Origin: an uncultured Eubacteriales bacterium
GTDB lineage: Bacteria; Bacillota; Clostridia; Peptostreptococcales; Anaerovoracaceae
Direction of reading: 5' to 3'
Length of the DNA stretch: 64,000 bases
Assembly: GCA_900547295.1 (NCBI GenBank)
Contig: URGK01000002.1
Span: 22,732-86,731 of the forward strand
Shown: positions 9,140 through 17,653 of the stretch, piece after piece
How the letters are laid out: each line of letters begins with the position of its first letter
Position numbering within the stretch: the stretch's first letter is position 1
The notes under the pieces: model-generated
The model's database searches: none
Told to the model about the DNA's origin: nothing
What the model saw: the letters and a program-made list of their open reading frames with translations, nothing else
Position numbers and translations under genes: made by a program

Positions 9140-9222
9140 CTGTATAACTGGCAGCCATACTCATTACGAGCTGCAGGCCCTATAGCTTTGCGCCCCTGTC
9201 TTTCGACAGATTTGCCCTTTTC
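9140..9222 (-). ncRNA. c-di-GMP-I (GEMM) riboswitch aptamer, copy 1
   Basis: Minus RNA ...AAAAGGGCAAAUCUGUCGAAAGACAGGGGCGCAAAGCUAUAGGGCCUGCAGCUCGUAAUGAGUAUGGCUGCCAGUUAUACAG. Matches the GEMM-I signature GGGCAAA-P1 stem-GAAA tetraloop-stem-GG(A/G)CGCAAAGC-P2 (compare Vc2 GGGCAAACCAUUCGAAAGAGUGGGACGCAAAGCCUCCGGCC...). Confidence 0.65.
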
Positions 9223-9237
9223 AATTTTTACCGTTTA

Positions 9238-9267
9238 ATTATACCCCTCCCCACGACGCTCTGTCAA
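9238..9267 (-). promoter_or_regulatory. Sigma-A promoter for riboswitch/paralog 1 (TTGACA-18-TATAAT)
   Basis: Minus strand TTGACAgagcgtcgtggggaggggTATAAT ~15 nt upstream of the aptamer 5' end. Confidence 0.55.
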
Positions 9268-9289
9268 CATAAACACATTCAGCATGCCT

Positions 9290-9348
9290 TCAAAAACAGA
9301 CGATCCGCCGATAAAATTATCAGCGGATCATCTGTTTATTTATTTATC
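9290..9348 (-). terminator. Bidirectional hairpin terminator after paralog 2
   Basis: acagacgatccgccgataaaattatcagcggatcatctgt imperfect 18-bp inverted repeat flanked by A-run/T-run. Confidence 0.5.
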
Positions 9349-9409
9349 CAATCAATCTATAAAGATTAATTAAGAAGGGTCTGATTTAAATCTACCTTGT
9401 TTCAGTTAT

Positions 9410-12109
9410 TTACTTACTCCAGGTTCTAGCTCCATACTTGCACTGTTTAAGAACTGTCTGTCCTACAAGCTTATCTCCGTCATATACAAGAGCCTTTGCC
9501 TTGTAGTAGTACTTGGTACCTTTCTTACCTGCAGTGTTGATGTATGTCTTGCCGGCTTTTGTTGCCTTTGCTACATACTTTGATGCTTTCTTTTCTGATC
9601 TGTAGAACTTGTACTTAACTGTATATCCTGCATCTGTCAATGCCTTAACATCTCCTGATACTACTGCCTTGATGTTCTTCTTTGCTGTCTTTGATGTTCT
9701 TACCTTAAGATTAACTTCCTTGATTAAGGTATTTAACTGTTCAGCTATTTTCTTGTCAGCCTCAGCTTTTGCCATTACAGCATATTCTGAGAAATGACCT
9801 GTTGTGAATGTGTATGTACCGTCTGCATTGAGAACCCCCTCTACCAATGTGTAGCTACCGTTGTCATCAATGTATACGCATACTAATTCCTTGGCTGCAA
9901 GCTCCTTATCAAGGTTAATTGTAACCTTGACATTACCGCCCCTGAAGTCTGTAACAGCGCCCTTTGATGTTACAAGCTTCAGATCCACATGGCAGATGTT
10001 TTCATCAGTCTTAACTGTTTCAACTGCAAGTTTAACAGTTCCGTCTGTTCCAGCCTGCTCTGCTACTGCTGCAAGGGCAGTCTTGTCTAAATCAACTTTA
10101 CCGTTGTCAGTTTTAATAACCAGACTGGCATCTGTTTTTTCAGCCAGTTCCTTAACTGTCTTTTCAGGTATAGCTACTTCTGATGAAGCTACAGTATTAT
10201 TGCCTGCTGCATCAACTATTACCTCTGTTGATTTGTTTTCTACTGCCTTGTCAACGATCTTGTCTGCTGTCTTGGCATCTACTGTTGTTTCAGCCTTGTT
10301 GTCCTTAACAGCCGGAGCAAGGTCAGCAGTTGTATTCTTATCTGTTGTATTATTGGTTACGTTGTCTGTAGGTGTTGATGGTGTGTATGGTCTGCCTACT
10401 GTATACGGACCATTACCTGTTACTATATATCCATCTGCTACATATGCTGTAGGATCTGATGAGAATGTACCGCCAGTTACTGACAACAAACACTTAGGAT
10501 CTTCGGGTTCTGTATCATAAAGTAATGCAATATCATTCAAAAACATACCGCCACTGACATTAACAATTGCTCCACCATAAGAGGAGTTTTTTACCACAGC
10601 CAATGCATATCCATTTGTTGATGAACCATTAAAATTTGCAACCTGTGTTTTTTCTGGTGCTGTATTATTAAATGTTCCACCCTTAATATCGAGTGTTCCG
10701 CCTTTAATTTCAATAGTACTTCCTTTGCCTGTACTATAATTTCCATTATTAATTACATATTTAGAATTTTTAGCAGCAAGATATAATTGTGCTTCAAACT
10801 CCCCATTATTAATAGTTATATTACTATTTTCATATGAGCCATTAGTATATACGTATCCCTTATATGTTCCATTATTTAATGTGGTTTCAGTATTATATAT
10901 TGAAAAAACCGAAAATTCTCCATCCAATACACCATTTTCTATAATAAGTGTACCATTATTCTGAACAGCAACTTGTTTACCTTTTATTGTACCATTTCCT
11001 GTTATTTTAAGTTTTGAATTTTCTCCAACTCGAATAGTTCTCACACAGCCTGTTTTATATGATACTTCTTTAGTATTCAAGTCAAGTGTTATATTTTTAT
11101 TTACTACAATGGTTTCATCTGTACTTATATCTTTTATAAGCTTTACAGTAGCTCCATCACTTGCAGCATCAATTGCTCCGGCAAGAGTTTTAAAACACTG
11201 TTCATCTATTGAGGCTACTGCATCTGCTGGATCTGTATTCCTTACAACAGTACCATCTGTTTTTAAAACATATCCATCTGCAATGTACGCTCTCACATCA
11301 CCTGAGAATGTGCCACCTCTAATAGCATTTTTCTTGGTAGAAACCTCACCATTAAATTTTCCACCTAAGATTTCAATATTTGATCCTTTTGCAGAAACTG
11401 CAGTCGGTCCAGAGATTTCTCCGTTTTTAATAGTTATTGTACTCATAGAACTTCCACAGATTGCAGTTATATAAGTTTCATTATCTGCTGATACCGCAGT
11501 GATTTCGCCTCCATTCATTTCAAAAGCTGCATTTGAGTTTCTAATGTTTACAGCAAAATTACCTCTTAAAGCAGTTGCTATTACTTTACCACCATTCATA
11601 ATGGCTTTTCCATTACCACCAATATAAATTGTGCTTCCAGCCTTAGCCATACCTTCACCGGTAATAATAGTTCCAGCTTCAATTGTCAGGCTTCCATTTC
11701 CTTCAACTGAAACAACTCTGCCTGATGTTCCTGTGTAACCCGAGCAGATTTTGCCACTGCCAATGCTGTCTTTAACTATTACGTTTCCCTTTATAAGTAG
11801 CGCTTGCTGGTTTACAGATGTATTAGTACCGCTAAGTATATGTCCGTTAAGGTCGATTGTCAGTTTTTTATTTTCCTCAATTGTAGTTGTCTTACCCGTA
11901 ACTGTAACATTATTTATTAGCTTTATAGTACTATTCTCTACCGCAGCATCAATAGCCTCCTGTAACGTATCATAATGTGTAGTGCCTATTGCTGCCTGAT
12001 GACTACAATTCTCTGCTGTACAATTCTCTGCTGTATCAGCAAACACCCCCATTGGCATCATTGCCACTATCATAGCCATACTTATGACTATTGCCAATAA
12101 CTTCTTCAT
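9410..12109 (-). CDS. Large secreted repeat protein, paralog 2 (899 aa)
   Basis: Same signal peptide (MKKLLAIVISMAMIVAMMPMGVFA) and same C-terminal module (PYTPSTPTDNVTNN...KQCKYGARTWSK) as paralog 1, divergent central beta-helix-like repeat region. Cys-containing N-terminal AENCTAENCS segment. GGAGGGTG RBS. Confidence 0.8.
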   Translation of the reverse strand: MKKLLAIVISMAMIVAMMPMGVFADTAENCTAENCSHQAAIGTTHYDTLQEAIDAAVENSTIKLINNVTVTGKTTTIEENKKLTIDLNGHILSGTNTSVNQQALLIKGNVIVKDSIGSGKICSGYTGTSGRVVSVEGNGSLTIEAGTIITGEGMAKAGSTIYIGGNGKAIMNGGKVIATALRGNFAVNIRNSNAAFEMNGGEITAVSADNETYITAICGSSMSTITIKNGEISGPTAVSAKGSNIEILGGKFNGEVSTKKNAIRGGTFSGDVRAYIADGYVLKTDGTVVRNTDPADAVASIDEQCFKTLAGAIDAASDGATVKLIKDISTDETIVVNKNITLDLNTKEVSYKTGCVRTIRVGENSKLKITGNGTIKGKQVAVQNNGTLIIENGVLDGEFSVFSIYNTETTLNNGTYKGYVYTNGSYENSNITINNGEFEAQLYLAAKNSKYVINNGNYSTGKGSTIEIKGGTLDIKGGTFNNTAPEKTQVANFNGSSTNGYALAVVKNSSYGGAIVNVSGGMFLNDIALLYDTEPEDPKCLLSVTGGTFSSDPTAYVADGYIVTGNGPYTVGRPYTPSTPTDNVTNNTTDKNTTADLAPAVKDNKAETTVDAKTADKIVDKAVENKSTEVIVDAAGNNTVASSEVAIPEKTVKELAEKTDASLVIKTDNGKVDLDKTALAAVAEQAGTDGTVKLAVETVKTDENICHVDLKLVTSKGAVTDFRGGNVKVTINLDKELAAKELVCVYIDDNGSYTLVEGVLNADGTYTFTTGHFSEYAVMAKAEADKKIAEQLNTLIKEVNLKVRTSKTAKKNIKAVVSGDVKALTDAGYTVKYKFYRSEKKASKYVAKATKAGKTYINTAGKKGTKYYYKAKALVYDGDKLVGQTVLKQCKYGARTWSK
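12005..12034. repeat. Perfect 15-bp tandem duplication (acaattctctgctgt x2) inside paralog 2 N-terminus
   Basis: Read directly; in-frame, encodes AENCT-AENCS. Confidence 0.9.
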
Positions 12110-12159
12110 TTAATCACCCTCCTTAACTCGGATATTTAATTACTCAGGGCTGCCTCTGC

Positions 12160-12190
12160 CATAATAAAAGGACAAGCCTTAACCTGTCCT
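12160..12190 (-). terminator. Terminator-like hairpin of riboswitch copy 2 expression platform
   Basis: Minus RNA GGACAGGUUAAGGCUUGUCC followed by UUUUAUUAU. Confidence 0.5.
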
Positions 12191-12214
12191 ACTGTCATTA
12201 TATATTCCTCATCT

Positions 12215-12297
12215 CTATGTAACTGGCAGCCATGCTCTATTGAGCTTCAGGCTCTGTAGCTTTGCATCCCTGTCTTTCGACAGATTTGCCCTCTTTT
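12215..12297 (-). ncRNA. c-di-GMP-I (GEMM) riboswitch aptamer, copy 2
   Basis: Minus RNA GGGCAAAUCUGUCGAAAGACAGGGAUGCAAAGCUACAGAGCCUGAAGCUCAAUAGAGCAUGGCUGCCAGUUACAUAG. Same architecture as copy 1 with compensatory changes (GCUC-GUAAU-GAGU vs GCUC-AAUA-GAGC). Confidence 0.65.
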
Positions 12298-12310
12298 GTT
12301 TTACTCTTAA

Positions 12311-12340
12311 AGTATACCCTCCCCCCTGGTGCTTTGTCAA
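12311..12340 (-). promoter_or_regulatory. Sigma-A promoter for riboswitch/paralog 2 (TTGACA-18-TATACT)
   Basis: Minus strand TTGACAaagcaccaggggggagggTATACT. Confidence 0.55.
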
Positions 12341-12349
12341 TAAAAAAAG

Positions 12350-12397
12350 AACCCTGTCGGATATAATCGTCAGAGTTCTCTTTTTTACCTTGATTAT
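12350..12397 (-). terminator. Bidirectional terminator at the end of the rnf operon
   Basis: agaaccctgtcggatataatcgtcagagttct hairpin flanked by A7 and T6 runs, 35 nt after rnfB stop. Confidence 0.55.
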
Positions 12398-12430
12398 GTT
12401 AATTAATACTTCTAAGCAATCACTGTATAA

Positions 12431-13261
12431 TTAAGCTTCTGCCGCTTTTGGCTCTGCAGGCTTTCTCTTTGCTCTCAGGTTTATGATAGCACCTGTAGGG
12501 CATTCCTTAGCGCAGAGTCCGCAGTTTTTGCATTTTTCAGGATCTATTGCAGCCAGATTGTTCTCAATTGTAACTGCTTCGAATTTGCAGACCTTTTCGC
12601 ATTTTTTGCAGCCTATGCAGCCGTTTGTGCAGGCTTTTCTTGTCTTTGCTCCCGGATCTGTAGAGTTACAGTGAACGATAACCTTGTTCTTTGCCGGAGC
12701 AATCCTGATAACATGGTTAGGGCATGCTTTTTCGCACATACCGCAGCCTACGCAGAGCTCTCTGTTTACAACCGCAACACCATCGCATACACTGATTGCG
12801 CCGTAAGCGCATACAGCCTCGCAGTCACCAAAGCCAAGACATCCGTGTGAACATACATTGACACCGCCAAACATCTGCTTTGCAGCCTTGCAGGTTGAAT
12901 GTCCCTGATATTCCATCAGGGTTTTTGCTGCTCCTGTGTTGCCGTTGCACATTACTACAGCAACCACAGGCTCTGCTGACTCTGCCTCAACGCCCAGAAC
13001 GCCGGCAAGTTTTGCCGCAAGGTCAGCGCCGCCTACAGGACATTTTGCCGTACCGATGCTCGGATCACCGCCAAGAGCGGCAGCATAGTCGTCACAGCCG
13101 GCAAAGCCGCAGGCTCCGCAGTTTGCTCCCGGAAGTTCATTTCTTAAGTTTGCAACTGTTTCATCAACCGGTACATAGAAAACTTTTGATGCGATAGTAA
13201 GAATAACGGCCAACACTAAACCGATTGCCATAACCAGTAATACCGGAATTAAAATATTCAT
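12431..13261 (-). CDS. rnfB: Rnf complex subunit B (ferredoxin-like, polyferredoxin)
   Basis: N-terminal TM, CGACGFAGCDDYAAAL motif, multiple CxxCxxC 4Fe-4S motifs. Confidence 0.9.
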   Translation of the reverse strand: MNILIPVLLVMAIGLVLAVILTIASKVFYVPVDETVANLRNELPGANCGACGFAGCDDYAAALGGDPSIGTAKCPVGGADLAAKLAGVLGVEAESAEPVVAVVMCNGNTGAAKTLMEYQGHSTCKAAKQMFGGVNVCSHGCLGFGDCEAVCAYGAISVCDGVAVVNRELCVGCGMCEKACPNHVIRIAPAKNKVIVHCNSTDPGAKTRKACTNGCIGCKKCEKVCKFEAVTIENNLAAIDPEKCKNCGLCAKECPTGAIINLRAKRKPAEPKAAEA

Positions 13262-13279
13262 CTCTTTCGCCTCCTCATT

Positions 13280-13849
13280 CTATACCAGTCCGCCGAATCC
13301 CATAAATGCAAGGGACAGGAAAGCAGCTGAAACCAATGTGATAGGTACACCCTGGAAAGCTTTAGGAATAGCCTCGTTGCCTTCAAGCTTCATTCTCATT
13401 CCTGAGAAAAGAACCATTGCAAGCAGGAAGCCGATTCCCGCACCGGCAGAGTTTACTAATGCCTGAGCATAGTTGTAACCCTCATCAATATTTGAAATAC
13501 ACACACCTAAAACTGCGCAGTTTGTAGTTATCAGCGGCAGATAAACTCCCAGCGATCTGTGAAGCGCCGGTATGAATTTTTTGAGCGCCATCTCTACAAA
13601 CTGAACAAGCGCAGCTATAATCAGTATGAATACAATTGTCTGCAGATAACCGATTCCCAGTTTGTCAAGGATAAGCATAATCGGCCATGTTGCGGCAGTT
13701 GCAAGAACCATTACGAAAATTACCGCAACACCCATTCCGACTGAGGAATCTAGTTTTTTGGAAACACCAAGGAACGGACATATACCGAGGAATTGAGCCA
13801 GTACATAGTTGTTCACAAGGATAATACCTACTAAAATAGTGAAATACAT
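13280..13849 (-). CDS. rnfA: Rnf complex subunit A
   Basis: 189 aa polytopic membrane protein, RnfA/NqrE family sequence; position in rnfCDGEAB order. Confidence 0.9.
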   Translation of the reverse strand: MYFTILVGIILVNNYVLAQFLGICPFLGVSKKLDSSVGMGVAVIFVMVLATAATWPIMLILDKLGIGYLQTIVFILIIAALVQFVEMALKKFIPALHRSLGVYLPLITTNCAVLGVCISNIDEGYNYAQALVNSAGAGIGFLLAMVLFSGMRMKLEGNEAIPKAFQGVPITLVSAAFLSLAFMGFGGLV

Positions 13850-14559
13850 TATGCTTCAGCTCCTTTCTTTATCTCTGCTTCAAGCGCTTCTATGCATTTT
13901 TCCTGCTGGCAGATGGAAGCCATTGCGCAGCCCCTGCAGTCAAAGCTGCCCTTAACACCTTTGCCCTTAGTGAAGTGATTGATTGCCGCAATCATAATCG
14001 CATATACGAAGAATCCGCCCGGAGCCAGCGCTATGATAAGCATTGGGTGAACGCTGAGCCAAGGAAGCGCAATTCCGAAGATTGTGCCTGCGCCTATGAT
14101 TTCTCTGATAGCGCCCATAATTCCAAGCGCCAGTGTAAATCCAAGACCCATTCCGATACCGTCTAAAGCGGAATCCAGAGCGTTGTTCTTTGATGCGAAC
14201 ATCTCGGCTCTTCCGAGTATGATACAGTTTACTACTATCAGAGGTATGAACAGTCCCAGTGAGTCATAAAGTGACGGTACAAACGCCTGCAGTACAAACT
14301 GTACTACGGTCACAAAGCCTGCAATTACTACGATATAGCAAGGTATTCTCACTTTGTCGGGTATAATCTTTGCAAGCAGTGAAATAACTATATTCGAGCA
14401 GATCAGTACTGCCATTGCGGAAACACCCATTCCAAGACCGTTTAATGCCGAGCTTGTGGTTGCCAGTGTAGGACATGTTCCGAGAAGGAGCACCAGTACC
14501 GGGTTTTCCTTAATTATGCCTTTGGTTAATATGGCGAGTTTACTTACTTTGTTTTCCAT
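13849..14559 (-). CDS. rnfE: Rnf complex subunit E
   Basis: 236 aa RnfE/NqrD family membrane protein; ATGA overlap with rnfA. Confidence 0.9.
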   Translation of the reverse strand: MENKVSKLAILTKGIIKENPVLVLLLGTCPTLATTSSALNGLGMGVSAMAVLICSNIVISLLAKIIPDKVRIPCYIVVIAGFVTVVQFVLQAFVPSLYDSLGLFIPLIVVNCIILGRAEMFASKNNALDSALDGIGMGLGFTLALGIMGAIREIIGAGTIFGIALPWLSVHPMLIIALAPGGFFVYAIMIAAINHFTKGKGVKGSFDCRGCAMASICQQEKCIEALEAEIKKGAEA

Positions 14560-15128
14560 TAGTTAGCACCTCCCACTTCCTTGTATTGTTCAAGCGCTGC
14601 GCATACACCGTAATGTACCGCATTTGATGATATTGTAGCGCCGCTGACATGAGTAACGTTTGTATCATCTTTAGCTGTAAATGCACTGTAGCTGTCAAGT
14701 CCCACATACTGTTCCAGATACGAAGGCTCCTGCGCCTTGGTGCCAAGACCCGGAGTATCAGCATGTGCAGTAACCTTAACGCCTGTAATGCAGCCGTCAG
14801 TATCTATACCTACCATTTCGGTAAGCAGTCCGCCGAAGGACTTGGATTTAACGGTAACAACCATACCTGTGTCATTGTCGGCAATATAGCAGTCTGTAAC
14901 GAAAACCTTGTCGGCTTCGAGGACAACCAGATCGCCGTCATAAGCTGTAAATGAGTCTGCTGAAGGCAGAAGCTCAGCTCTTGCCTCGTCTGCCGCCTTA
15001 ATTGAGTTCTGTTCAATTATAGGGGCTGTGATTGAGTTAATGTATGCAAGCGCACCTGTGATAACAAGGCAGATTACTACAAGAACAAGTGATGGTGCAA
15101 TATATTCTCTGAATTTATTACTTTTCAT
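14559..15128 (-). CDS. rnfG: Rnf complex subunit G (FMN-binding)
   Basis: N-terminal TM anchor, FMN-binding motif THVSGATISS. Start 15128 preferred (GGAGG upstream); listed ORF start 15146 is possible. Confidence 0.85.
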   Translation of the reverse strand: MKSNKFREYIAPSLVLVVICLVITGALAYINSITAPIIEQNSIKAADEARAELLPSADSFTAYDGDLVVLEADKVFVTDCYIADNDTGMVVTVKSKSFGGLLTEMVGIDTDGCITGVKVTAHADTPGLGTKAQEPSYLEQYVGLDSYSAFTAKDDTNVTHVSGATISSNAVHYGVCAALEQYKEVGGAN

Positions 15129-16095
15129 TTTTCTTTGCACCTCCATACATTCTTTTCTGACAGAAGTTATCTATTAACGGAGTAACTATATTCATTAACA
15201 GTATTGAGAATGAAACTCCTTCAGGATACTGGCCGTACAGCCTTATCAGCATTGTGATAACACCGCAGCCTATGCCGAATATAACTTTGCCCATAGGAAG
15301 TATCGGCGTTGTAACATAGTCTGTTGCCATAAAGAAGGCACCGAGCATAACGCCGCCTGCAAGTACATGGAATACTGCCATCTGAAGCGCGTTTCCGTCG
15401 CCTGTTGCAGCATAGTATATAAGCGCAAATACAAATACTGTTCCGATAAAGCATGCCGGAATTATAGGACTTATAATCTTTCTCCAGATGAGGAACAGTC
15501 CTCCGATAAGCAGCATCAGGGCGCTTACTTCACCCATTGAACCGCCTATGTATCCCATAAACATATCCATATTTGACGGAAGCTCTCCGCCGCCCTCTGC
15601 AAGTATGCCCAGCGGAGTTGCGCCTGTCTGCGCATCTGCTCCTGTGAAAGGAACAGGCCATGTTGTCATTTCTGTTGCAAATGCTATAAACAGCACTATT
15701 CTTGCTGTGATAGCAGGGTTTACAAGGTTTTTGCCTATGCCGCCGTAAAGCTGCTTAACTATGATGATAGCTACAAAGCAGCCTACTATTGCAATCCAGT
15801 AAGGCAGACCTGACGGCACGTTGAATGCAATCAGAACGCCTGTTACCGCAGCACTTAAATCGCCTACTGTCTGAGGTTTTTTCATAAGCTTGTTGTATGC
15901 CCATTCGAAGAACATACAGGACACAAGGCAAACCAGTGTAAGAGCTATAACTCTCGGTCCGAATACATATATGCTCATTGCAAATGACGGAGCAAGTGCA
16001 ATCAGAACCATCAGCATAATTCTGGTGGTATCAGTGTTTGATACTATATGAGGTGCTGATGAAACTGTTAAATTACTGTATATTTTCTTGTCCAT
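15118..16095 (-). CDS. rnfD: Rnf complex subunit D
   Basis: Polytopic membrane protein with DAQTGATPLG motif (RnfD/NqrB flavinylation region). Confidence 0.9.
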   Translation of the reverse strand: MDKKIYSNLTVSSAPHIVSNTDTTRIMLMVLIALAPSFAMSIYVFGPRVIALTLVCLVSCMFFEWAYNKLMKKPQTVGDLSAAVTGVLIAFNVPSGLPYWIAIVGCFVAIIIVKQLYGGIGKNLVNPAITARIVLFIAFATEMTTWPVPFTGADAQTGATPLGILAEGGGELPSNMDMFMGYIGGSMGEVSALMLLIGGLFLIWRKIISPIIPACFIGTVFVFALIYYAATGDGNALQMAVFHVLAGGVMLGAFFMATDYVTTPILPMGKVIFGIGCGVITMLIRLYGQYPEGVSFSILLMNIVTPLIDNFCQKRMYGGAKKNEK

Positions 16096-17405
16096 TACTT
16101 AATTCCAGCCTCCTTTACTATTGCTTTTCCAAGCTTGTTCATAAAGCTGAGAGGTCTTCTTGCAGGGCAGATATATGAGCAGCTGCCACATTCCATGCAC
16201 TGCATTACCTGCAGATTGGAAAGCGCCTGCGCATCCTTTGCCTCATATGCCTTGGCCAGTGCCGTAGGTATCAGGCCGAAAGGACAGGCTCTGTGACATC
16301 TGCCGCAGTTGATGCAGGCAGTTTCTTCTTTTACTCCTGCCTTTTCTTTGGAGAAGGCCAGTATCGCATTGTTGTTTTTAACAACAGGCATTTCATCTGA
16401 TACTATGGCTCTGCCCATCATAGGTCCTCCCATAAGGATTTTTCTGGGCTCCTGTTTGTATCCGCCGCAGAATTCTATGACATCACAAATTCTGGCACCG
16501 ATAGGAACTATTACGTTCTTTGGCTGGGCTACAGCATCTCCGTCTACGGTAATTCTCTTTGAAACAAGAGGCATACCTGTTCTGAAATATTTGCCTACAA
16601 ATGCTATTGTGGTGACATTTGATAAAATGACACCGAGCTCTGCAGGAAGCACACCTGCGTTCATTTTCTTGCCTGTAATCTCATATACGAGAACTCTTTC
16701 GGCTCCCTTAGGGTATCTTGCCTGCAGTTTGAAAGTATGAATATTGGTTATACCTTTTGATGCAAGCAGTTTGTCAATGTGCTCGATAGCATCCGGTTTG
16801 TTCTCTTCGATACCGATATATCCCTCATCAAGACCTATATATTTCATAACCAGCTGGCAGCCGGAAATAAGATCCTCCGCATCCTCAAGCATTGCTCTGT
16901 GGTCAGAGGTAATGAACGGTTCGCACTCTGCCGCATTGACGATAAGTGTATGAACGTCATCGATATTCTTAGGGTTAAATTTAATATGTGTAGGGAATGA
17001 AGCTCCTCCAAGGCCTACCAGACCGCTGTCTCTGATTGCTTTTATAAATTCAGGCAGATCCTTAGCCTCAGGTACTTTAATTCCTTCATAAGGTTCCTGC
17101 TTTTTGTCTGCTTCAATTACAACAAGTGTGTCTGTTCCTCCCATAGCTGATCTCTGTTCTTCGATTCCTGCCACGGTCCCGGAAACACTTGAATAAATAG
17201 GGGCACTTACAAAAGCATCTACATCTCCGATAAGCTGGCCGACTTTAACGTAGTCGCCCTTCTGCACCAGCGGCTTGCACGGCGCTCCAATGTGCTGAGA
17301 CATAGATATTTTTACAACATCAGGTACAGGCATTACTTCGGTTGCACTGCCGGCAGTGTTCTTGTAATGACTCACGTGAATGCTGTGTAAATGTTTTCGA
17401 CTCAT
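16095..17405 (-). CDS. rnfC: Rnf complex subunit C (NADH-binding, 2x[4Fe-4S])
   Basis: CINCGRCHRACP and CMECGSCSYICP ferredoxin motifs; RnfC N-terminal domain. Start 17405 (GGAAGG RBS) preferred over listed 17438. Confidence 0.9.
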   Translation of the reverse strand: MSRKHLHSIHVSHYKNTAGSATEVMPVPDVVKISMSQHIGAPCKPLVQKGDYVKVGQLIGDVDAFVSAPIYSSVSGTVAGIEEQRSAMGGTDTLVVIEADKKQEPYEGIKVPEAKDLPEFIKAIRDSGLVGLGGASFPTHIKFNPKNIDDVHTLIVNAAECEPFITSDHRAMLEDAEDLISGCQLVMKYIGLDEGYIGIEENKPDAIEHIDKLLASKGITNIHTFKLQARYPKGAERVLVYEITGKKMNAGVLPAELGVILSNVTTIAFVGKYFRTGMPLVSKRITVDGDAVAQPKNVIVPIGARICDVIEFCGGYKQEPRKILMGGPMMGRAIVSDEMPVVKNNNAILAFSKEKAGVKEETACINCGRCHRACPFGLIPTALAKAYEAKDAQALSNLQVMQCMECGSCSYICPARRPLSFMNKLGKAIVKEAGIK

Positions 17406-17542
17406 TATTGTGAGACCTTCCTTTCTAAAAATATACAAAAATACTCTTTACATCATACTACAAACTCAAACAAAAATCCATACTTTTGCGACAATTATGG
17501 CTAATTGGAGTACAGATAATTTTTTCCGCCTAGCACTTTGGT

Positions 17543-17569
17543 ATTATACAATTCTTTTACGAGCAGCAA
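17543..17569 (-). promoter_or_regulatory. Candidate rnf operon promoter with extended -10 (TTGCTG-15-TGTATAAT)
   Basis: Minus strand TTGCTGctcgtaaaagaattgTATAAT ~140 nt upstream of rnfC. The 15-nt spacer is short, so this is tentative. Confidence 0.35.
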
Positions 17570-17653
17570 AAGACCTGCCGCATAAAATCAGCAGATCTTT
17601 TATTAATACTTTTACTACTTTATTCAGCAATAATGCAACTTGGCTTAATAGGC

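Noticed and set aside
6326-11975. Plus-strand ORFs inside the two giant surface-protein genes (e.g. 6578-7150, 8000-8389, 9861-10520, 11109-11474)
   Set aside because: Ser/Thr/Leu/Ala-rich antisense frames produced by the repetitive coding sequence opposite. They appear 'conserved' only because the sense-strand paralogs are similar.
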